Notes under the pieces: generated by a model
Database searches by the model: none
Told to the model about the DNA's origin: nothing
The model's input: the letters and a program-made list of their open reading frames with translations, nothing else
Position numbers and translations under genes: made by a program
From: Antedon mediterranea
Lineage: Eukaryota; Animalia; Echinodermata
Assembly (NCBI RefSeq): GCF_964355755.1
Contig: NC_092670.1
Span: 858,201 to 922,200 of the forward strand
DNA: 64,000 nt
Direction: 5' to 3'
Shown here: positions 1-14,400 of the stretch, one piece after another
Position numbering within the stretch: the first letter of the stretch is position 1
Layout of the letters: each line of letters starts with the position of its first letter

Positions 1-3000
1 ATTAACGCGGTTGTTCAGGCCGCCGATTGGTCATGTTTGGTACGCAAGAAGAATGGGCCTATTTTAAACTGGTTTGGAACTTGGTTTCACTAAAGCATGT
101 AGGCCTACGTAGTACATTTGACTTAAGAGGCCCTCTTATCTACAGAAAATTCATCTTGCTCTGATTAGGCTGGCCCAACTTAAGATTTGTTATCTTCTTG
201 ATCATCTGTCTGCTTCCTTTAATTGATTCCTCCCTACCTAATTCACAGTTAAAATTAGTCTAATTTGTTACTAACTTGTTTTCTATATGATATGATGTTA
301 AAAGAAAATAATTATTTTAAATAAAATACAATAAAACATCAAATTAATACTATTTACTGCATTAAACAATTGGTCTTTTCCAGAAAGAGTCACTATAGGG
401 GTCGACGGGATGGGTCAACTATGTCGTCACACAGATGGCGAAGGCCTTCCACAATTAATATAGTCAGAGGCCATCATAAATCTGTATTTTAAATTTTTTA
501 AACTTATTCTAAACGTATTTTAGACAAAAAGTGCGAAAATAACTTGTACAATTTGTATTGAGACTTTCATTGGATATCATACACTGTGCATAAAGTATGC
601 AGCCTAAACGATTACACCACCCCCTCTATCTTTCATATCAACTATTCAGTAACGGAGGCCTAACCATAAATTAAACCAAATAGACTGTGTTTCGACTTAA
701 TATAGTAAAGAGATAAATATTTTCAAACATATGGCGTTTCATACGTATAAAACTTGAGCTCCCAGACAAAAAAGTCTAAAAAATACCTAACGCCCTCTAA
801 ATTGAAAAGCGTATCTCACTCTTGGTAGTTCATTGTGCGCATAATATATTGGAACGTACGTGTCCTCGCTCCCCCTCACCTCCTCGACGAGGTTTGAAGA
901 ATTCTAGGCCCAGGCGACGACGTGACCGACATCGATTGACCTGAAGTCCCCGTCCGTCGTCGCAAAGCGAAAGTTCCCTAATCACTCCCACAGTTGTTAA
1001 GTTCGTGTTTCAAATGACAGAAATGGCGAACAAACATCTAAAATTCAAATTGATTGGGTAGCCTATAGAACAAACCGCCTGGGCGCTAATTGTTTAGTGT
1101 ACATAGTAGGCCTACTGTCTCAATTTGGACTACTTGAGCTTGTCAGGTTAAAAGTAACAACTGCAGAATAAATAAATAACTGTGAAGTGCCAATACACAT
1201 TAATTCACGATCTGTAAGCGATAGTAATCATCTACAATAATTGAAACTAATTTAAACCTCACAAATCATATTTATAAACCAATTTTCAAAGAGACAGTTA
1301 TAAATGATATCTCTAAATTTCATGTGCAAATAATCAATTTAAACAAATTCGTCACGGGTGTAACAAGATTGACATATCTTGCAACCCTGTTGATAAAAAC
1401 AGATACTGTGCAGTACTTAACTCCAGTGACTTACATGTTTAAATATGATTCTTGACACTAAAGTACACTTTGCCCCTCTTGACAACATTGTATCAATGTT
1501 ATTCCTATTGTCGGTGTTTTTATCCGTTTGCTTTAAAATCGATTTTCGATAGCGGTTTTAGGCGGGTAATAACAGCGGTCGCAATAGGTTATCATAACCT
1601 CCTGTTTCTTGTTGTTCTATGGCTGGTACACTTGACTGTCAAGGGGTGTACAACCAGCACGCTATGGCCCAATGTTTGTTTTAATTAACTGGTACATAGG
1701 CTTCATGTAGATAGCACTTACAAATATTAGCGACTAGTTACTTGTACGGGTACATGCGTAATCCATGGATAGGGTCACTGTGTTATCGAACTATTAGAAA
1801 CACTATCTAATGTGGTCATATACTATACCACATTAAACCGTTATAAATTTAACTACGATAATCGGAAAGCAAACAGAATAACGAACCTTATCAGTAGTCT
1901 CCGAATGTAAGACGAAAAAACATGACCTGACCGGACTGGACATACACGTGCGCTGCACAAACGCACCGTCTACTTAACCAGTCAAATTTGGTTAACACTT
2001 AAGCACAATGACGCAATCAGCAACGCAAGCAAGGTTGACAAATCACAGTGGCGATTTTATTTTAAAACTGTCGCTAAATATTTGCGTTGCGCGTGCGTTA
2101 TTTGCGTTGCGCAATGGGATGTCGGTATTGAAAATAAGCTGATAAAAAGTATAGGTCTATCGGTTTATAAAAATATATACAGTACTGTGTTGGTTCAAAG
2201 TTTACATGACAAAGAATGCGGCGACTCTTATACGGTAACACCAACTGATTTAGTTTAAATAAATGACAAAATCCCGGCGTTTGCTAAAAATCGAATGCGT
2301 TCTTTGTGAGTGTTTTTTTTGTGTTTTTTTTTTGGCAAACACAAATTTGGTTACGTGAGAGAAATGAAAATAGGACCTGAATGAACCATCGACATAGTGA
2401 TAAACGCCCCACTGACGAAACCCGCTATCAGACACCCAATCTGATGCAAAAATCAATATTTCCTGCAACAGTGACAGTAAAGGTGATTAATTGTACTGAA
2501 ATCACCCTACACTAAACAAGGTTTGGAATCGATCGATACTAAATGGTTTTAAATAGAATATTTTAAAAATTACTCGGCGATTCCAGCTGAGGCAATGCCA
2601 AAACTGTTTAAAGGTCGTGCCGCGCTATCATTCTAATTAGGTGTCTAAATATTAACGTTTCTGGAATACTCTCTAAAAATATAATTTAAATTTTCCAGAA
2701 AGATATAGGCCTGTGGTCAACTGGAAGCAACGCTTAACTCATCAAAAGTTTAACAATGTATAAAATGAGTGAAATTACTGTACTGTGTCTCCCTCACCTC
2801 ACGGCCCAAATAAATGAAGATTTATATTTTGTACAATTAAAGATACGCTATAAGTTTCTTTTTAAAAATAAACGAAAAATAAACCAAACCAACAGCAAAA
2901 CGAATTTCAAACAAAATATGAAGATCTGTTAATTGTATTTATTTATTTATTAAGTGATGCACATCGTTTGGACGGAGTAGCCTACGGTACTTAAAATAAC

Positions 3001-3159
3001 ATGCTTTTTTAAAGCTAGCAGACCTAATGGATGATTCAAAGGTATAACACATACAATAGTAATGGCAATTTCATCCTTTCTAAGGAGAAACATTTATTTA
3101 CAACAGCTAAATAATTTTAATTAAATATCTAAACCAGTGAAACTAACTATTTTTAGACT

Positions 3160-3942
3160 TTATAAACTTTGGAACGACATGTCATCCGTGGACGAATTAA
3201 ACTCACTGGAGCCGCCAGGACTCGTGTCCTCATCCACCATCCAGTGGGCCAACAAATCACTAAAATCTAAGGTGTTACTTGCATGCTTACTATCACCACT
3301 GTTTATAGTTTGTCCTATATGGGGTTCATTAAAGAAACTAGTTGGCAATTTACGTTTCTTCCAAGGTAAGGTGTAATTATCAGTACATGTTTCCATTCTA
3401 TGGCACAGTGTATCCCCGTCTTGTTCTTGAGCAGTAAATGAAGATACATTTCTTACTTCGTTTGTCTTAAAAAGATCACCAAATGGTCCTAAACTTGAAG
3501 AAGATACTTTTCCATTATGAGTTTTATCTTGCCAGCTAATTTTATGAATAGTTTCTGTCTTTTCTCCTCCATTCTCTCCATTTTCATCAGCACCGTTTAC
3601 GTCACTAATTTTGGCAATTCGTAAAAGATCAGCATAATATAGTTCTGGACCAGATTTCCTTTTCTTAGTTGATTTATTATCAACATCGTCTAGAAATTTA
3701 CTTTTTCCGAAATATTTCTGAATATCTTTGTTCACAATATCAACATAATTCAGAAGCTGCTGACAAATATTTGGTTGACATTCATCATCCTCATCCTCCT
3801 CCTCTTCGCTATCGAAGTCATCTTCCCAGCTGGCTTCATCGTCACTTTCAGGCAAAAACGCTCGATTTGAAACAGTAGTCTGTAAATTTTGCAATGTTCC
3901 TGTTTCATCTAACTCGCCGACTTGAAGAGAGAAACTGGCCAT
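3160..3942 (-). CDS. PERCC1: PERCC1-like protein (YAP/TAZ/FAM181-related co-regulator), single coding exon, 260 aa from first ATG
   Basis: Acidic tract, then QQLLNYVDIVNKDIQKYFGK, ELYYADLLRIA, LGPFGDLF, PWKKRKLPTSFFNEP, DFSDLLAHW: same motifs and order as I recall for vertebrate PERCC1. ORF-track start is GTG 3963; first ATG is 3942. Confidence 0.85.
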   Translation of the reverse strand: MASFSLQVGELDETGTLQNLQTTVSNRAFLPESDDEASWEDDFDSEEEEDEDDECQPNICQQLLNYVDIVNKDIQKYFGKSKFLDDVDNKSTKKRKSGPELYYADLLRIAKISDVNGADENGENGGEKTETIHKISWQDKTHNGKVSSSSLGPFGDLFKTNEVRNVSSFTAQEQDGDTLCHRMETCTDNYTLPWKKRKLPTSFFNEPHIGQTINSGDSKHASNTLDFSDLLAHWMVDEDTSPGGSSEFNSSTDDMSFQSL

Positions 3943-6900
3943 TTCATGTTCGTTTAAATCCACGGCGAAAGATTGCTAATCCACCAAGTTGGATAAATCA
4001 AGAGATGATGACACTTGTTGTTTCTAAGCCTTATTGGTATCAATGTGGCTTCAGCAGAATCTTTGCTTTAAATGACCAGTTTTCTCAACAAACTTTAGGA
4101 GAAATCGCGAATGTACGCGCAATTTGGAGTTTTCATCAAACAATAAAATAGTTTCTATGAAAATGTTTTCAATGTGGCTTCAATCAGACTCTTTTCCATC
4201 AGTCCTCAGTAAATAACATGACTTCTTGGAAAATGCATTAACAAGACTCGTGGATTGAATGCTAGCGGTCCATAATGTTAAGGCGAATAAACAGAAAATC
4301 TCATTTAGAATCGAATACCAACAGCAAGACTCGCCAACCAGACTAAATCAAATGCAGTATAGATCTATTAGAGTACATTTACTACAAACATGACTTTGAT
4401 CCGTGGCTACTCGTCAATCCTTTATTAAATGCGTCGTTTATACCTGGAAACGTCAAGAGAATAAATACATTCATTAAACATAGACTGCTGCAGATTGCGG
4501 ATCTAGTTATTAATTTCTTCGATAATACAATGATCACATTCATACATTAAGTGCGCATTTGACGTCATCAACAAAAGGAGAATAAAACATAATTACTAGA
4601 GCAATATTGTTTAAAATTTAGAGCGTCATAAATGTTGAAAATTGTTAATTTCATGATGAAGCAGGAACAAAAACAATGTATTACAGTTCAATGTTACAGT
4701 TCAATGTTACATTACATTCAATAATGTTCTTGATAATATGTACAACATTTAACAACATTCACATTAATTTTCATTATTTTTTAATGACATTAATAAGGTC
4801 TGTTATTAAATATTGCTCAGACGATATTGTTCAGATTTCCAGACCGTTAAATAACTTGTAGGCTTATTTAATTTATGCTTATACGGTAAACAATGATATT
4901 TAAGACTAAACTAATTAAGGAAAAAGATACTTACATTCGTACTATCACCAAATGTTTGCAAACAGCTACAGTACCAAAAATAATTCCGGTAAGTCGAAAG
5001 CTTGAATTGATTTAAGTAACATGCAGCTGATTGTCGTCGTCACAGCGGCGGTTTGATCTCAGTCTTGCAATACACGATATCTAATCGACGGTCAAGTGAT
5101 ATGACAACTGATGCCGTATTCATGTACTAACAGTTTAAATAGTCTGTATTTACCGGTTGCATTATTTACAATACAAGTTTGCTTGATAGGCCTCTACATC
5201 AAGACAACAAACAGCGATAACGAGCGATCAAGCTTGGGCGCATTTTAATAGCTTGTACTAGGCTAATTATTACAGTAAGTGTGGGTTTATTAAGTGGAGG
5301 AAATTAAAGCATAGTGTCAGGCTAAGCGAATATTCATTTGAATATTGATGATGAAAAGAGGGGTCAATGTCTACCAGTCTGTAAATGATTTCTTACAAAA
5401 GGATGATAAATTTAATTTCAAATTTGCGCTTGGGGAGGCATGTTTGTAGAAATAAATTTGGTGAGACACCACCCTATATAATACAAAATAATAATACAAA
5501 AAATACAACTTGTACCGACTTCGCAAATGAGAGATCCTAGCCGCTCCGCGGAAGAGATTGCTGTAACTTAATGATTAAACCAAGGACGTACATGTAAACA
5601 GACTGCGAAGATCATTCGCTTGTGATTGGGCAAATTACTTGCGTTGCACGTGCGTCCTTACGTTGCTGCAATATGAAGCTTTAAATTCGTTTCGTTTTAT
5701 TTTTAAACAACAACCTATGACGTAATTTTAATTTAATATGCGCATGCGTTTGTGTTTGTTTTGGCACATAGGCTAGGCCTAGTCGGACCCATTTTTTTCC
5801 TGCACGGTCGTCACGAAAAAATGCTTTAAAAATGATGTCTACATTGTTGCATTACGTCTAACTGTTGTCAATGGTACATATCATTTTTCTTAATTACATA
5901 CATGATATACATAGGCCTACTCATCATAAAAACTATTATGTATATATCATAAAACACATTATTAACTAACCATCAATCATATTCCAACAATCAACGAACT
6001 AACGAGGTATATTGTATGATTACCACTTGACATGTCTATGTGTAATTGATATTGTGGTTTATAGGATGGTCCACAGTAAAACGTGTTTAATCTTGATGTA
6101 GGCATGGATAGAACATGTTAAATTACTATGCCACTTAAGAAGAGCAAACATTATACGATACATTCGTACAAAACGCTAATCGTCGCCAACGACAAATTGA
6201 AGACCGATAATTCGCTTACAAATTACGCACGATAGCAACATTTGGAAGCGGACATGTATTACTTTGCGTAGGCCTACACTAACATACGCACGTATAATAT
6301 ATGCGCAACAGCAACTATTCAAAAACGACAGTTCGGATGGTTCGTCGCTGATTGGTAAATGTAACTGAAAATTGGTGCGTGTTTCGATTGTTGTTTTTTC
6401 TTTAACTTTCTTGCTGAATTTTGTGTTGTATGTTTTGTTATATGAAATTAAATATAAGAAATGAATGTAGAGTATACTAGTGAAATGGGAGGCTGCCTGA
6501 TGTAAATCTAATTTCAATACAGTACTGTCACTTTCAAAAGTAAAGAGACAATCAATTGTGTAATTTATAATAATCGCACTGGACAATTGACGTTACGCAA
6601 ACAAAACCATTCGAATAAGTGACGGTTGGAGAATTATTAACTAAAACACTTGTGCCGAAGTCACGCTACAAATACGCTAGCGTTCTCAAGTGTGTGTTAC
6701 GATCATTAGACCTATACTTGCAATCAAATGTGTCAACACAATAAATCAAAAAGAAAACACAAAGAAACAAGACAATCAAGAAATCGTACGCTGTTCAGTG
6801 GTGGTATTGGTTTTGTCTGAATAGAATCAATTATGTGTCGCATATTATTTTATTATTTCGACAAAATTAGCAATGTCCCGAACGGCGCCCGTAGTGGTAA

Positions 6901-7383
6901 CTAGTGGTGAGGCGGTAACTAGTGGTGAGGCGAGAAGCAAAAACGACGCGATATACCCAATTACAATTAAGTTTAGAATGACTTCGTGTATCGACATAAA
7001 ATACGCGGTCTTTACGTTCTTTTTTTCAGATACAATTATTAACAGTATTTCTAGACTCGACAACGCAGATTCAGATTTATTTAATTATTCATAATAATAT
7101 AAATATGATATTGAAATTTAATATTTACATGATTTACAATCAGCTATGAACAGAGGATAAGTTTCCACATATATATGAAATATATTAACAAGATTGAGTT
7201 ATAGGCCTTATGCACATTTTATGAAAACCTGGTTTTACTGGTAAGTACTGGTAAAATAATAATAATGCATATAATATAGTGATTTGGGGAAAATGTGACC
7301 ATCAGAAGCATGGTCCCCGTGATCTGGAGACTGCAGCCACGAGTAAACTATCTGGAGACAACGAAATCAAGGCTCAACCACCA

Positions 7384-7534
7384 ACAAGTTACACCTTGTT
7401 ACAAGTTACACCTTGTTACAAGTTACACCTTGTTACAAGTTACACCTTGTTACAAGTTACACCTTGTTACAAGTTACACCTTGTTACAAGTTACACCTTG
7501 TTACAAGTTACACCTTGTTACAAGTTACACCTTG
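7384..7534. repeat. 17-bp minisatellite (acaagttacaccttgtt)n, about 9 copies
   Basis: Perfect tandem copies read directly. Confidence 0.95.
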
Positions 7535-7964
7535 TTTGCAAGCGTTCTCGTATAACTGAATACTCAGAGCATAACATACCTACTGGAATTCAAACTATTA
7601 TTTTCAAAATAGACAAACAAGATATGTATATTATTAGTTGCCGGAAGAGTTAAACTGAACTTTACTGTCAAACAAACTTACTCTATTTTAGATATTTTTT
7701 TTTTATTTATTAAGTTTAAGTTATATTTTGTATTTGTATTTATATTATTGTTTTTCTTCTCTTTCTTCTTCTCCGTTTTACAGGAGTTTTTAATAAATTG
7801 AATATATCTAAAATCCTTGTATTTGATTGGCTGCCCAAGTACAAATCAATAAATGAAATAAGGTGCATCAAATTGCAGTGATTTAATTCCTCCTTGTTTC
7901 CATTTCACTGTCATTCTCTTTAGACATCACAAGTAGATTTGAACAGATGACTGTAGAGCAGACC

Positions 7965-8230
7965 TGAGTTATCTTCAATCAGACAGCAGGCCTGATATAG
8001 AGTTTTCTTCAATCAGAAAGCAGGCCTGGTGTAGAGTTTTCTTCAATCAAAAAGCAGGCCTGGTGTAAAGTTTTCTTCAATCAGACAGCAGGCCTGGTAT
8101 AAAGTTTTCTTGAATCAAACAGCAGGCCTGGTGTGGAGTTTTCTTGAATCAAACAGCAGGCCTGATGTAGAGTTTTCTTCAATCAAATAACAGGTCTGGT
8201 GTAGAGTTTTCTTCAATCAGACCAGCCTTG
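7965..8230. repeat. about 34-bp tandem repeat (agttttcttcaatcagacagcaggcctggtgtag), 7-8 degenerate copies, probably in the CCDC33-like 3' UTR
   Basis: Recurring gttttcttcaatca...gcaggcctg units. Confidence 0.85.
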
Positions 8231-8492
8231 TTATTATTCCTCAGATTCCTCTCATACAGACATTCAGCTGCTTATTTATCATCATTACCCTCTAGGAAGA
8301 TTTCAACTTAAAGACCACTTTTACATAAATAATCTGGTTTAAGAAGACTTCATATACATCTCAATATATACATCTCTCAATAAAACTCAATCATTTAACC
8401 ACAATCTCAACAATAATGTGGTGAACTTGATGTTAGACAATGTTGTCCCAGTTGATATTCACAGTCCTAGTTTCACCAGAGCTGCACACATT

Positions 8493-11400
8493 TCATATAA
8501 GAGGTTCTAATTGAGGTGAACCATACCTACCTCTACCTCTTAACCTTGTACGCCGTTTAGGAAATATTCTGTCATCTTCATCGTCATCCTGCATTACAGA
8601 TAATATAATCATAATTAGTAACAGAAAAAAAATATTTTCAGGAATTAATAAATATTTAGAATATTTTATATTTATTATTTTCTTAATTTTAAGCAAATGT
8701 TTTATCTTCTAAATATCTGATAGACTATACTGTAACTTTTTAAATGTTTTTTTTTGGAATTTTTATGTATAATTATATTTTGAATTTCATTTTCTTAGAG
8801 GGTCAAAGTTTTATTTTAATCTGTGGTAATTTTTTGCCTTCTCAGATTGAAATATTGAAGTATTGAAATGCGAGTTTAAATGCGAGCGGTTAAGACAGTG
8901 GAACCGTAATTACGTAGCCATAACATCGGCAGGGGTTCGAGGCTCACTCACTCCATGGTTCTGGTGGTAGAACGAGTCTTCTTAGATAAGGACTATAAAC
9001 CGTAGGTCCAGTGTAAACATCTAGCTCGTGTGCACTTTAAAGAACCTAGTACATCTTTCGCGACGAGTAGGGGGTTACCCCGGTGTATTAGTACATCACA
9101 GCCACTGCCACTGATCACCAACTGGGCCCTCTGGGAGATCAGTCTTTGACTGAAGAGGTTACCCAGTATAAATATATATTTCAATCTTCAATCAATCAAA
9201 ATATAAAAAGGAATATCGGAATTAAATCTTTAACCCAGCACACACAATCAAATCAAAGGTTGTATCTGAAAGAAGACATGGCATAATACACCATGTCACA
9301 AAAATATAAAGAGATCAAAACATGAGGTAACATCTTACATATCGATAGTAACTTCTGTTTAATGGCGGTAAAGATGGCCGATGACTTTGCTCATTTAACC
9401 GTAACAATAGATCTTCTTTTTCTTGACCCCATTTTCTTGCATTTTCTCGTACCTTTGTACAGAAGCAAAAGGCATGTCACATTTACAATAGAAACACAGG
9501 ATGATAAATATACAAACACAGGGATCCAATGGTGACATTTGTGTAAGAGCAATTATCTCATAGATTTGCTCATCCATATATTGTTATTTTTTTAGAAAAA
9601 GTTTTTCTTTCTCTCCTAGGCATGACCTAGGACATATATCATGTATTTTTTACATTAAAATTGAAAAAAAATAAATACAGTATTTGTTTATTAATTGATT
9701 TCATAGTAAATAAATTTCACTTACTGCTCTTTCTAATGTTCGTATGCGACCATCTGACCTATCAAGTTTACTATACAATTCCATTCTCTCAGCATCGTCA
9801 AAAGATGAATCCTAAAAGAAGAAGACATTTAAAACAATTTGGTCTTTATAGCTATCTGGCTTACAAATCAATAACACATGGTAAGAACACAAAGTGCCAT
9901 GACTTACCTGTACTTGTACTTTATTTTTCATTTGGTTAATTTCACCTCTAAGCCGTGCATTTTCTGATAAGAATGCTTCTTTAGCATCAAATCTAGGAGC
10001 TGAAAAAAAAAATTGTCAAAGAACAATATTATTACAATTTTAAAATTTAATTTTGGTCATTGCCAACAAATTAAGTTCTTTAATAATGTGTGTATAAAAT
10101 AAGGTAAAAAACATAAAAACTGTATCTACATAAATTATTTAATTTCTTACATTCATCTTTTCCTTTTTTTATTTTACTTCTCAATATTTTCTCCATTTTC
10201 TCAATTACTTCTTCCTGTTTTTTACACGTTTCTTCCAGTTTTTTAATTTTCTGTTGTTTTTCTTGTAACCGCTGAAGAATTGCTGATTGCTTTGAGTGAG
10301 CATCCTGTAGGTTAATGAACTCCTTTTCCCTGTCGTTATGCTACATAAAATGAACACAAAAGGAATGTTTAAGAACAAAATAGAAGACAAGAGTTTATGA
10401 ACACAGGAAGGACCAGAGTATTTTATCTAAATGAGAGCAAGTGGCAAACAAGAAAGAGAATTGTGTTCACAACATGTTTTCCCAAAAAATACCACTACCT
10501 AAAGCCTGTTTTCCAGTCGACTAAGATTTCGGTGAGTTGCGTTGAATTTTCAATTTGTTAAAGTTGAAAATAAATAACGATAACGATGATGGCAAATATT
10601 TACACATTTTTACCTTATAATGAAAACTTAGTATGAATGTAAGACTTCAAGTGAACAATTCTAAATACTTACCCTAATAAGTTCATTCTGAAGTTGTAAT
10701 AATTTGTCTCTGTAAGAAGTTGCTTCTTTAACTTGACTAGATAATTTATCTCGTAAAGATGCTTCATGGGAAGTAAAAAAAAAATACAAATTACAAATTT
10801 ACATAAAATAATTGAAAGCATGTCATTAAAAATTGTCAAATTGCAATTTAAAAAATAATTCATTTTTAAAGAGAGCAAGATCATCTAAATCAACAAAGTC
10901 CTAAAAAAATTGTTAGGGATTATTGGAGTTATTTTTGTCACAAGAATTTACTACTGTAAAGTCTCTTAACCATAAACTACAACTACTGAATTAATAGAAC
11001 ATACCATATCTCTGTATTAACTCATTTCTTGGGATATCTGCTAGGTCTGAATCACGTAGTAGTGCCTTTGTTGTGTCTTCATGCATGTTTATTTGTTGAC
11101 GTAACCTACTGTTAACCACTTCTAACCGTGTGACCTCCTCCTGTAATCTCACAATCTCATCCCCCATTCGCTAAAATAATTCAAATGAAAAATATCCATA
11201 AACAAAGGCCACGAAAATAAATCATAAACAACTTTTAAAATGCATTCATGTATAAATAGAGAAAAGTATGATGACTTTCTTCTGCAAATTGTATTTATAT
11301 TCTCAAACATGAACTGAGCCATATCTACGATGATATAATAAAAAGGGACACCCGAGCATCCAAAGGGCGCAATTCACCGAACCAATGACAAATGACAGAA

Positions 11401-14400
11401 AATCATGTGAACGTCATTTGCGTTACCAAGGCTACTGAAAATAGCCAAAAACGTAGCAAGTACAGTAGTCAGTACTTGGCAACTGGTTTATCAAAAAAGT
11501 TTTATTTTTAAATGTATTTATATTCTCTCAATAAAAATCAACTTTTGAAAATGTTTACTGTGCTAAACTTTGTTTGACATAAAATGACTATGATTAAGTG
11601 TCAATGTAACAAACCTTCATTGCTGATTTATAGTTATCTAGCTCCCTCTGTTGGTGATCAAGTAAGGTGATTGCATACCGGTCTGGTGGAGTCTTGAGAG
11701 TAGATCTGTAGATGACAATGAAATGTTAAACAAATGAAAATACTGAAAAATATGAAGATTAGACTTTTATAAAGCTGTTTGTATTTTCTAATGAAACCAT
11801 ACGGCGTTCATATTGCATAGATTTTTCACAAATTTATGTTTGTTCCTTTATTCGATTATCTATATGTTTATTTATCCACTTTGTTCATTTATTCATCAAC
11901 CTTGTATTTATTCACTTACTTTGGTTTATGTTCCTGAGGTATTTCATTACGATTAAGGTCTTTAGGTGGTAATCTGGTTGGGATTAATCCTGGATGATCC
12001 TGATATCTCAGATCTGGATCCAGAAGTACTCGTTGGGGATCTGGAAGAAGATTCTGTACTGCATCTAGTGGTGGCAGTTCACCCTCTTGTAAGACCTAAA
12101 AAACACAAGTTATATTAAGGCAATTTGTATCTTTCACAAATTTAAGATCAATTTCCAAAGCAGAGGAAATTATTTTACGGGTACTACGACCAGTCAATAA
12201 ATACTGTATCAATTAAAAACTTATCATTAAAGTTACGTCACTTACTAAATATCTATATCTATCAAAAGCACTCAATCTATTCCAAGCAATCATGGTGTAG
12301 ATGAGCAGAGAAACAATAACAAAAACCAGGATTTAAATCATCATCCAATAAAATAGGTCAGTGGTCATTTTCAGTAAACCAGTAGGGGTACAGTACAACA
12401 GCAACAATTGCATCTGCCACCTGTACATAACCAAATCCGATCCGCAAATAGCCCTGAGAAAACTATCTAATGGTTGCAAGTATGAACCAAGTGCGTAGAG
12501 TGATTCTTTATTATGATAGTTTGTACTTTGACAGCCCTCGTTATAATTTAATAAACACTGTTGTTCTCCTGTAAATTATATTGTTTCATTTAACTTTCTT
12601 TGTGCCAATATCTTGTGTTACAGATATACAATGTAATCTGAGAAATTAATCTAATTTTTTCTTTCATTCAATTTCTTGATTTTAAAAAGGTGACATCTTT
12701 TAGATACCAACAAACACTTTAAAGTGAATGCTTTCTTATCGACAAAATTGGTCATAGAGGAGGAAAGGAGTAAATAAATGAACAAACTGAACAATAAATT
12801 ACTTGGATTAAGACATTACGGATAAAGAATTGAAACGAATGAATATTTTTAGAGTGATAATTAGAAAATCATTGTACGTTCAAAGATTAATTAAAGATTA
12901 TTGTAAATTATTTATAAATAAGAAAGAAAAACATAATACACAATATAATTGGCCCCCAACCTAAGAATAATTCATAAATGGAAGGAATGCAGCCACAGCT
13001 GATGGCAAGATCATATTGAAATAATAGAACCCTACTGAGTTACACCCAACTACATGATAAAACGTCTGATCCAACCAAAATGTACCCTGTATTTGTGAAC
13101 ACTTTGAATGAAATGATGATTTTACTGATGGAAAAGTCTCCATTGCTCAAAACTAAGTCTACATTGCCGCCTAAAGCAAGTCTCCATTGCTCTAAACCAA
13201 GTCTCCATTGCTTTAAACTAAGTCTCTGTTGCTCTAAACTAAGTCTCCGTTGCTCTAAACTAAGTCTCTATTGCTCTAAACTAAGTCTCCATTGCTTTAA
13301 ACTAAGTCTCCGTTGCTCTAAACTATGTCTCCATTGCTCTAAACTAAGTCTCCATTGCTTTAAACTAAGTCTCCGTTGCTCTAAACTAAGTCTCCATTGC
13401 TCTAAACTAAGTCTCCGTTGCTCTAAACTAAGTCTCCATTGCTCTAAACTAAGTCTCCATTGCTCTGACCTAAGTCTCCATTGCTCTAAACTAAGTCTCC
13501 ATTGCTCTGACCTAAGTCTCCATTGCTCTAAACTAAGTCTCCGTTGCTCTAAACTAAGTCTCCATTGCTCTAAACTAAGTCTCCATTGCTCTGACCTAAG
13601 TCTCCGTTGCTCTAAACTAAGTCTCCATTGCTCTGACCTAAGTCTCCATTGCTCTAAACTAAGTCTTCATTACCAATTTTCCTAACAATACTGTACAGAT
13701 TTCATATACAAAAGAATGAACCTTTTAACGTTGATATGTGATACAACAGCAAATACTGAAATAATCTCTCATTCAATTCATTTAAATAATAATGCTGTAG
13801 ATTTTAGCTTGAATGAATCGAGAAAGCCTCATACAAACCCTTTTAATGAAAATAGTTTATAAATAAAACTAGTTTATTTAATGCCATTTTTTATATCATA
13901 CTTATTTATGTGTAGTCCAGTGATAATGTAAATAAATTGCTATAATTAAATCCCTTTTTTTAGCTTAAAGTCTACTGAATTTAAAAACTTTAAATTAGTA
14001 AAATAGTGTTGACATTTTAATTCAAAGTCACTTAATTTAAAAGTAACAGTTGTCAAGGAAATAGGAAAACAGTTCTAAACAGTGAAAAATCAATAGAAAT
14101 CATGCGGCTTTGAGTTTCAGAATAAATAATGACCTTTTTACAATACTATCTGTATTAATTACTGTATTTGTCTGTTTCATCTTTTAAAATCTAAATATAG
14201 TTGGTCGATTCTATTGCAATTCTCTAATAAAACATGAAAAACATCATACCATTATAAGAATAGTATTTTCTTGAAAGAAACAGGAATGGCATTTATAAAT
14301 CTTGTTGTCACTAGTCACTATGGTTAAGTAGTGGTTCAGTTAAAGAAACAGGAATGGCATTTATAAATCTTGTTGTCACTAGTCACTATGGTTAAGTAGT

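Noticed and set aside
850-1020. GC-rich patch with a minus-strand donor (gag|gtgagg)
   Set aside because: No ORF or further support; possibly a UTR exon of a gene outside the window but not supportable here.
7279-7653. Repetitive ORFs
   Set aside because: Products of the 17-bp minisatellite.
13080-13685. 201-aa Cys/His-rich ORF
   Set aside because: Translation of a stop-free 21-bp minisatellite in an intron.
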